From NCBI GenBank assembly GCA_964016885.1, contig OZ024741.1:301816001-301880000 (forward strand): a stretch of 64,000 nt of DNA, written 5' to 3'. The translations under genes were made by a program, and so were the position numbers. Shown here in pieces: positions 56,932 through 64,000 of this stretch (within the stretch, counting starts at the first letter, position 1; every line of letters starts with the position of its first letter). The notes beneath the pieces were generated by a model. It saw only the letters and a list, made by a program, of their open reading frames with translations. It was not told where the DNA came from and made no database searches. This DNA is from Eledone cirrhosa (taxonomy: Eukaryota).

Positions 56932-58533
56932 TTTAATATTGCTTTATATTATAGCTATATATAGAAGAAACAACGCTCGAATGAATGACACTTGTTCAAT
57001 AACATGCCGGAACATTGATACACATAACATTATTTTGTTAACTTTGATCAATACCATCATTTCTTTATTTCTTTATTTCTTTATTTCTCTATCTGTCTTC
57101 CTATCTATGCTTTTAATTTAGTATAATACCTAATCCTTACATATTGACGGAATTTATCTATAAGTGTGAATTTTTAATACATTTTTGATCTCTTTTAAAT
57201 TTTAGTTTAATACCCAATCCATAAATTTTTATGGAACTTATCTCTAACTGTGAATTTTTAATGAATTTTTGATCTCTTATTTATAGTATAATATAATATA
57301 GTATATGCATATATTTCTTTTAAATATATTTAATGCACTTTAAAATCTAAAATTTAAGACAGATTCAAACTTATATATAAATGTGAATTTTTGCTGCGCT
57401 TTTGATATCTTATTTATAATATAAAGTAGTTATATATTATATTTTATATATTTTTAAATATTTTTAAATATACCTACCACATTTCTATATATATGATTCA
57501 GATATAGAGAAAATATCCAAAATAAAAATTATTATAGACATTATTTTGAACTCTGAATTATCCATGCACTCATTATTGTTTTTCTTATATATATATATAT
57601 GTATTTAAATGTAACATGTTGAACTCTACTTTATAAAATTATAACTGTTATCATTTACCTAAAGTATACTACACTACTAATACCTAATATATATCTATAT
57701 ATATACCTCCATATATCTAATAATATGTTGATATCTTGGTTGAAGAATAATTAGTACATTTACACCCAGTTATACATAGGTGTATATTTATCCTTAACAT
57801 GCCTCAATCTATTATCTTATTTTATTTTTATCTTCGTCGTTATTATTTACCTTAAACATACTGGCTCATTAATATATACCTATATACATAATAGTTATTT
57901 AAATATTTATAACAATAAGTACTTCAAAAGCTTTACATACCTAATATGTTGGTATCTTTGTTAAAGTTTAAATTTAGGTAAATAATCAACAGTATAATAT
58001 TTCATTCTTTATGTGCCAGCTAAATCCTTTAAATGTTACCCTCATAAAATTCAGAAGCTTAGAAATGATAACACACTTATCGAATTTATAAAAATAATAT
58101 ATAAATAACCAGCAAATAATCCTGAAATCTGGAGTCTTCACCCTAATATTATAAATTAAATATTTTCAAATTTAACCGTTTTACTTTCAGAAAAAATCCT
58201 CTTCTGCATATATCACCACCACCCCCAACCCCCAGCCACCCCACACACACACACCCTTTATCTTTCCCTCTTTATAAATCCTTTTCCAGTGGCTATCAGT
58301 GGCTGTTATGATTCATGAGACGTTTTCCTAGATATATCGTAGTATCATACATTTTAAAACCTTTAGAACAGTTACAGTAAGCAACGTTTTTTCTTACTCA
58401 CACATTCTCTAATGAATTTATTACGTTTTCGCATTTTCTCATAATTAGGCTATATATGTAAAATTTTCTCTTGGGTTAATCACTACCTTGATTAAATCTT
58501 AACCATTTAACATCTCAGGGTATGTCATGTATC

Positions 58534-58596
58534 ATTATATTTTGTCTGATGAGGACGTACTGTTGTACATCCGAAATATGTATAATAAAATGTAAT
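58534..58596 (+). ncRNA. Minimal type I hammerhead
   Basis: attatattttgt CTGATGA ggacgtac-tgtt-gtacatcc GAAA tatgta TA ataaaatgtaat; 12-bp stem I with G.U pairs. Confidence 0.82.
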
Positions 58597-58732
58597 TGAT
58601 CAAAAGGACATCTATTTTATTAATATTTATATTTTAATATTAATAACTCCGGAAAATTATTTTTACCGTAGAGTGCTTCCAATTTACTGTAAAACTCATT
58701 CTTTGACATAATCATTGAATATCGTTTAACAC

Positions 58733-58773
<41 letters not shown>

Positions 58774-60642
58774 TTTGAATGCTGTAAAGACGAAAACTAA
58801 TGGCGTAAAATACATCAAACTTGTTAATACCCTCTTTGCGATTAAGCTCTATTTCGCTTATTCATATTGCGAAATATTCATAAATTTACCAACTTAACCC
58901 AACGTTGCAATCGCTATTTCCTAATGATGATTCATGTTAACACAGTATTTCTCTGACAAAAGTATATTTAATATAATTACTCAAACGTTTCTTTAATTTT
59001 GCTCTGGTTAATACGGTAAGATTGAAATGTATTTTATAATTAAAATCTTATTGATTTTAAAATCTTATTGAATCGATTTCTACAGCGGTTCCATGATTGC
59101 TAACATACTACAAAAATGTGACATTGAAAGAAATATGATATTAGTAGACAATGTCAAATCTTTTTTTTTTTTTTTTTCACAGTCACACATTGGTGACAAA
59201 CAGCAATCGTTGTATTAGTATCAATTTTTTTTATATAAATAAAAGAATATTTGCCATAAAAAAACCTAATGTGTGTAGGAATAAAATTAGTATTAAAAAC
59301 AGATTCGGGGTTTTATTTTTAAACTCAAGAATTTTAAATTACTGTTTCGTAGTTTTGTTATATGAGATCTAACAGGAGGTAAAGTTTGTATTCACTTTAA
59401 AAATTTGAAAGATGTTTCATGCAAAAAGTCTGAAATAACTGGCTCCAAATACGAAGCCTAAATATATAAATAACTGATTCCATTTTTTTAATGTGACACT
59501 TTCATCTCACGAGGTTACAAAAAAAAGCATCTATCATTATACTAAATGGCAAAACAGAACTAAACAATTTATTTCAGTCCCTTTCTGGCGCCATTACATT
59601 AGTTTTCTTCTCTATAATTTGTTTATTCGGCTATTTATGCACAAACTCATTAATTTAAGGTGTTTCATTATTTCAAGATTATTGCCTTGAATTCTCATTA
59701 AACGTCTAACATATTTGATTTATTTAATAATATTTAAAGAATAAGCTTGGTATGTAAATAAGTAACATACTAGAAGGCCATTCGCTATTGAAAATCATTG
59801 TTTGGAAAAGGATTCATTCTCCACCTGCAATATTTCAAATATGAATGAGAGCATCAAAATTTAAAATCCTAGCAACGAAGACAGCAGTAACAAAGAAAAT
59901 TCTAACATAACAACACATAAAGAATTAAAAACAGCATTTTGAACATTGACAACACTAACAGCAACAGTAATGATAAAAGAATAAAATTTCATAGTAATGT
60001 TATCATAGTAATGTTATCAACAACAAAAAACTTTAACTATATTTCATATTTCAATAAACGCTAATATATTGATAAGTTCTATTGAACTTTGCTTTTGTTT
60101 TGATCTTGATTGTCTTCAAGATAAAACAAAACAACGATAATATATCTTTAAAATTTACAAAATACGAACAGCATTTAAAGAATTTGAACTTCATTGAAAG
60201 CTTGTGTCATCTATTGTTATTTATATCATAGTCGCCTATGAATGAACAACCATCTGAAAAATACTTCTAATAATATTCTTTATTGCTGAATGACTTTCCT
60301 GAATTAATTAGATTAACCAGAGTTACCTCTATTGTTCCAACAGACTGCGATGCCATTTTCTAAATATTACTCTGCAAATAATAGACATGTCTGATAAATT
60401 GACTCCGGGTTTCAAGGTTCATTATTGTGTATTCATTATATTGCGTTGTTTGACATGATTCATATATATTTTGGCATGATTCATATATATTTTAGGTGAA
60501 ATTTTTGACTGTGACATTCATGACATGACATTGATAAGCGCATAAACAGAGTAGGTGAAATAGATTTGTACTTACGCTCGTCGTCAACTGTCAAGACGTT
60601 AAACATTTTCCTATAGTGTTCACCAATCAGTCAAAATATGTA

Positions 60643-60815
60643 CCGTATTTCCCGGCGGCGTCGAAGACGCTATTTTTTTCCTAAAATAAGTCTCAAAAAT
60701 TTACTATGCGTCCTGGAGGCCGAATGTTGTTTATTATTTTTTTTTTCAAGTTTTTGGTTGTCAAAATTAGGGTGCGTCCTCGAGGACGAAGCGTCTTCGG
60801 CGCCAGGAAGTACGG
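60643..60815. mobile_element. Tc1/mariner-pogo-type MITE
   Basis: ta|ccgtatttcccggcggcgtcgaagacgc ... gcgtcttcggcgccaggaagtacgg|ta; TA target duplication. Confidence 0.8.
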
Positions 60816-61520
60816 TATATTGGAAGCGACATAGTTGAATCACTTTTTATATATTACTTACTTGGGATTTTACCAATTTAATACATGAGTTCTCAACATA
60901 AATCAATATGTTCACATATGTTTTAGAGTCTATACCAATTCATTTGATAGAGTGAAGCATAGAAATATGGGCAGCTGTTTATCAAATTTCTGAATGTGAT
61001 AAACACCTCCAAATTATATTAACATTCTACCGAAGAAAAGGTGATGAAATATTTCATCAACAACTTAAGAAATAAGACAAACACTGAGATATAAAAACAC
61101 AATCTTATTAGTTTCACGCTTAGGAGGAAGTAGAAGAGGGTTTGACATTTCGGGCATAGTTCTTTCTTCAGGAAAGGAAGAGTTCGGAGAGAGAGAAAAG
61201 GTTGGAACATTGGAGTTTGGAAAAGAAATAGTTTTAAAAAGGATGGGTGTGGTAGGCGAGTAGACTGGCATTCGGAAGTGGGGTTCGAGATGGAAAGTCC
61301 AGGTGTGTCATGGGTGTTGTTATGTGTGTACAGATGGAGTGCATTTCATGGGTTCCATTATGTGTGAGTGGTTGGTGCATCATTATCAAAAATGTGCATG
61401 TGTGTGTCTGCGTGCCTCTGTGAATTTTTCATGAAGTTCTTTTGTGTATGCACATGCGTGCATATATGTGTAAGCATGTGTTTTCTGTGGATTCTATAGA
61501 AACGACTATATATAGTCGCA

Positions 61521-61664
<144 letters not shown>

Positions 61665-61668
61665 TATA

Positions 61669-61859
61669 ACGAAGGAAATGTGGTAAGGAACCAGGTGGAC
61701 CATAACGCACCAAAGTACTCAATACTTAGGGTAGTAGAGTGGGTAATAGGAACGAGTAGGACCCCGACGGCTGAGCTCGAGCCGTTTCGACGGCTAATTC
61801 TCCGTCAGAATTAGCCGTCGAAACGGCTTGAGCTCAGCCGTCGGGGTCCTACTCGTTCC
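61669..61859. mobile_element. Mini fold-back PLE insertion (family A)
   Basis: 80-nt tail plus two ~53-nt inverted arms around spacer ccgtc (61802-61806); (TA)n flanks. Confidence 0.9.
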
Positions 61860-61869
61860 TATATATATA

Positions 61870-64000
61870 AAATCAAAAGATGGTTAAAAGAGTTCCATGT
61901 ATTTTATTATGCGTATTTCAAAAACAAATATCATCATGGGATGATATTTGCGTTCTCATCAGATAAAATAGGGAGACATGATATGAAGCTTAAAAAACAC
62001 TTGCGAACAGTGAAGTGTTAAATCAACATATGAAAAATAAAATAAGAGGGATATATGAGATTGGAAAAAAGGAAAGGAAGGGGGAAAGAAAAGGTAAGGA
62101 AGAGGAAGAAAAAATATAGATAGAAGAAAAAAATATAATAATAAGGAAAGGATGACGGAGGAGGAGTTTAAGAAGGAAGGATGAGAGAGGAGGAGAAAAT
62201 GAGTGAGAGAGCGAGAGAGATAACCTTTAATACTGAAAAACACTGTCTCACAGAGAAAAATTTAAAAAACGTTGTAAGATAATAAAAATTTAGAAATTAA
62301 AAGTTAATGAGGTTTATGAATGGTGATGCTTATGATTAAAGAAAAAGGAATTAAGAATACTATTTATTTAAGGTTTATATATTGAAGGGTTTAATAAGAT
62401 GTGCGAAAAGGAATTTACTAAAATGTATTATTAAAATAAAATATATTAAGAAGATAAGGTGAATGAAGATAACGTTAAATTAATTATGAACTTAGAGGAA
62501 TTAATTAGGGTTTGTTTCTATGTATTGTAATAGGAAAAAGTAAATAATAGATTTAATACGAACATGGAAGGAGAGAAGAAAGAAAAAATTCAAGGAAGAA
62601 AAAATATATAACGTCAAAAAAAAAATATGTTTACAAAATTTCTCTAATGGTAATATTAGTATATATTAAAAATAAAAATGTTTATGGCCAAGTAAATAAG
62701 GAAAATGCTATAGTGAGTTATAAGATGAATTAAGAAGTAGTTGAGAAGTAAAAGTTGCAGATTAAAGATTAGAAATTTTAAAAAAGAAGAAAATTAGGGG
62801 ACCGCTAACGACATAGTATGAGTAATATTGTATAATATACTGAAATAAGGTAGAACGATGGGTATATTTGTAAAAAATATAAAAGTGTTTGAGAAAAAAG
62901 ATTTTAAACTAATTAGGTAGTAAGATATTAGCTGTATACTTTATGGAAGGAAAGTTTTAAGGGATTTATGCAAGCAGATCGAAAATAAATCCGTACGTCT
63001 ATTTATTATAGAATTAAAATTAGAGATAATGGTAAATTTCTCCGCTAGGAAGAGATTACATGTTCTGGATAGGGAAGAATTAAGGTAAGGAGAGGCGTTG
63101 CAAACCTTTCTCCAAGAAATGTTGTAGTTAATATGTTTGTCCTTTAAGGACCATATGAGTTCTGAGAGTGCTGTGTTAGTTCTTTTAAGTTGGTATTTAA
63201 AAGAAGAATTGTGATTATAAAATCTTGCCTTAAAGGAAGTGGAAGTGGAACCAAAATAGGTAAAAGAATTAGTACCAGTTATAACCTTACATTCATACAC
63301 TAAATTTGTATCAAGACATTGGTTACTCAGAGGACATTTAGTTCTAATATGGCAATTGCAATTACGATTAGAGAAATTAGCAGAGTTATTAGCAAGTGAC
63401 CCAGTATTATTTATAGGAGGAATTGAATTGGAGAAGTTACTTACGATAGGTGCTAAAGTTTCCTGATTTAGATTGGTATTATAAACATTCGACAAAGTTA
63501 CGTTTGACGTCGTATTTAAATTTACGGAATCTAGCCTAGAGTTAACATTGACGTCGGGCTTACAATTGTTATTATTATGACGCTCAGTGTTGGATGGATA
63601 TGATTTATTACTTAATATTTTAGTATTATGTTTTGAGATAATGTTAGAGATGTTGGAAGTGGTGGAATAAGAGAATTTAATTGTATGTTTATTAAAGATC
63701 TTACTATAAATATGTGAAGGAGGGAAGCATTTATCTAAGGCCCTAAAAAATAGTTTAGGAATATTACTAATAATTGATAGAGAAAAAGGAGCGTTGTACC
63801 AAATCATATTTTTATATCTAGGTATTTTCTTTATGCTATTGGAATGCTTATAACTAACTATATTACTATAAGTTCCTCCATGATTGGTTTCTTTACTCTA
63901 TTTAATTTTGTCAGGATAACCGGCTCTGGAAAGCGCATTGTTGTAATAATTGACTTTAGCGTCAAAAATAAGTTTATTAGAAGATAGATTTAAGATTCTT
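61870..64000 (-). mobile_element. Hydra-like PLE running off the window end; ORF part 62941-63807
   Basis: IWYNAPF, CNCHIRTKCPL, LVYEC..YFGST..RFYNH; hammerhead near the 3' end. Confidence 0.9.
61900..61970 (-). ncRNA. Minimal type I hammerhead
   Basis: tattttat CTGATGA gaacg-caaatatcatc-ccat-gatgatatttg-ttttt GAAA tacgca TA ataaaata. Confidence 0.8.

Larger units (their letters stand above)
55274..58740 (+). mobile_element. Hydra-like PLE with inverted 5' pLTR (55274-55510 / 58389-58626) and decayed RT-EN ~55511-56760
   Basis: GGLYRDDIL, VNFLDVTF, CNCRNKTNC, YNYIGST; tail 58627-58740; (TA)n flanks. Confidence 0.92.

Overview
Eukaryotic, AT-rich, microsatellite-saturated DNA. The SINE type and repeat make-up suggest a cephalopod such as Octopus, but that is inference. 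No intact host gene is recognisable, and most predicted ORFs are translations of (TA)n, (CA)n or (CATA)n. The window is dominated by Penelope-like retroelements (PLEs; RT plus C-terminal GIY-YIG) of two protein types: a CxCx5C-linker, Hydra-like type and a CxxxxCxxC/CCHH, Neptune/Nematis-like type. Nearly all sit in (TA)n and are built as head-to-head inverted pairs in which only one arm carries a 3' tail. Their pseudo-LTRs hold about 20 type I hammerhead ribozyme (HHR) motifs, all folded by eye and untested. These include a 7-copy family with a U3-A8 core (UUGANAA instead of CUGANGA), several with a C.A or C.U mismatch closing stem II, and several with an extra base after A9. Also present: a decayed near-full-length R4/Dong LINE in (CATA)n, CRE and RTE LINE fragments, a DD37D (maT) transposon, a CCGTA-ended MITE and tRNA-derived SINEs. 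Boundaries were read by eye and may be off by a few bases.
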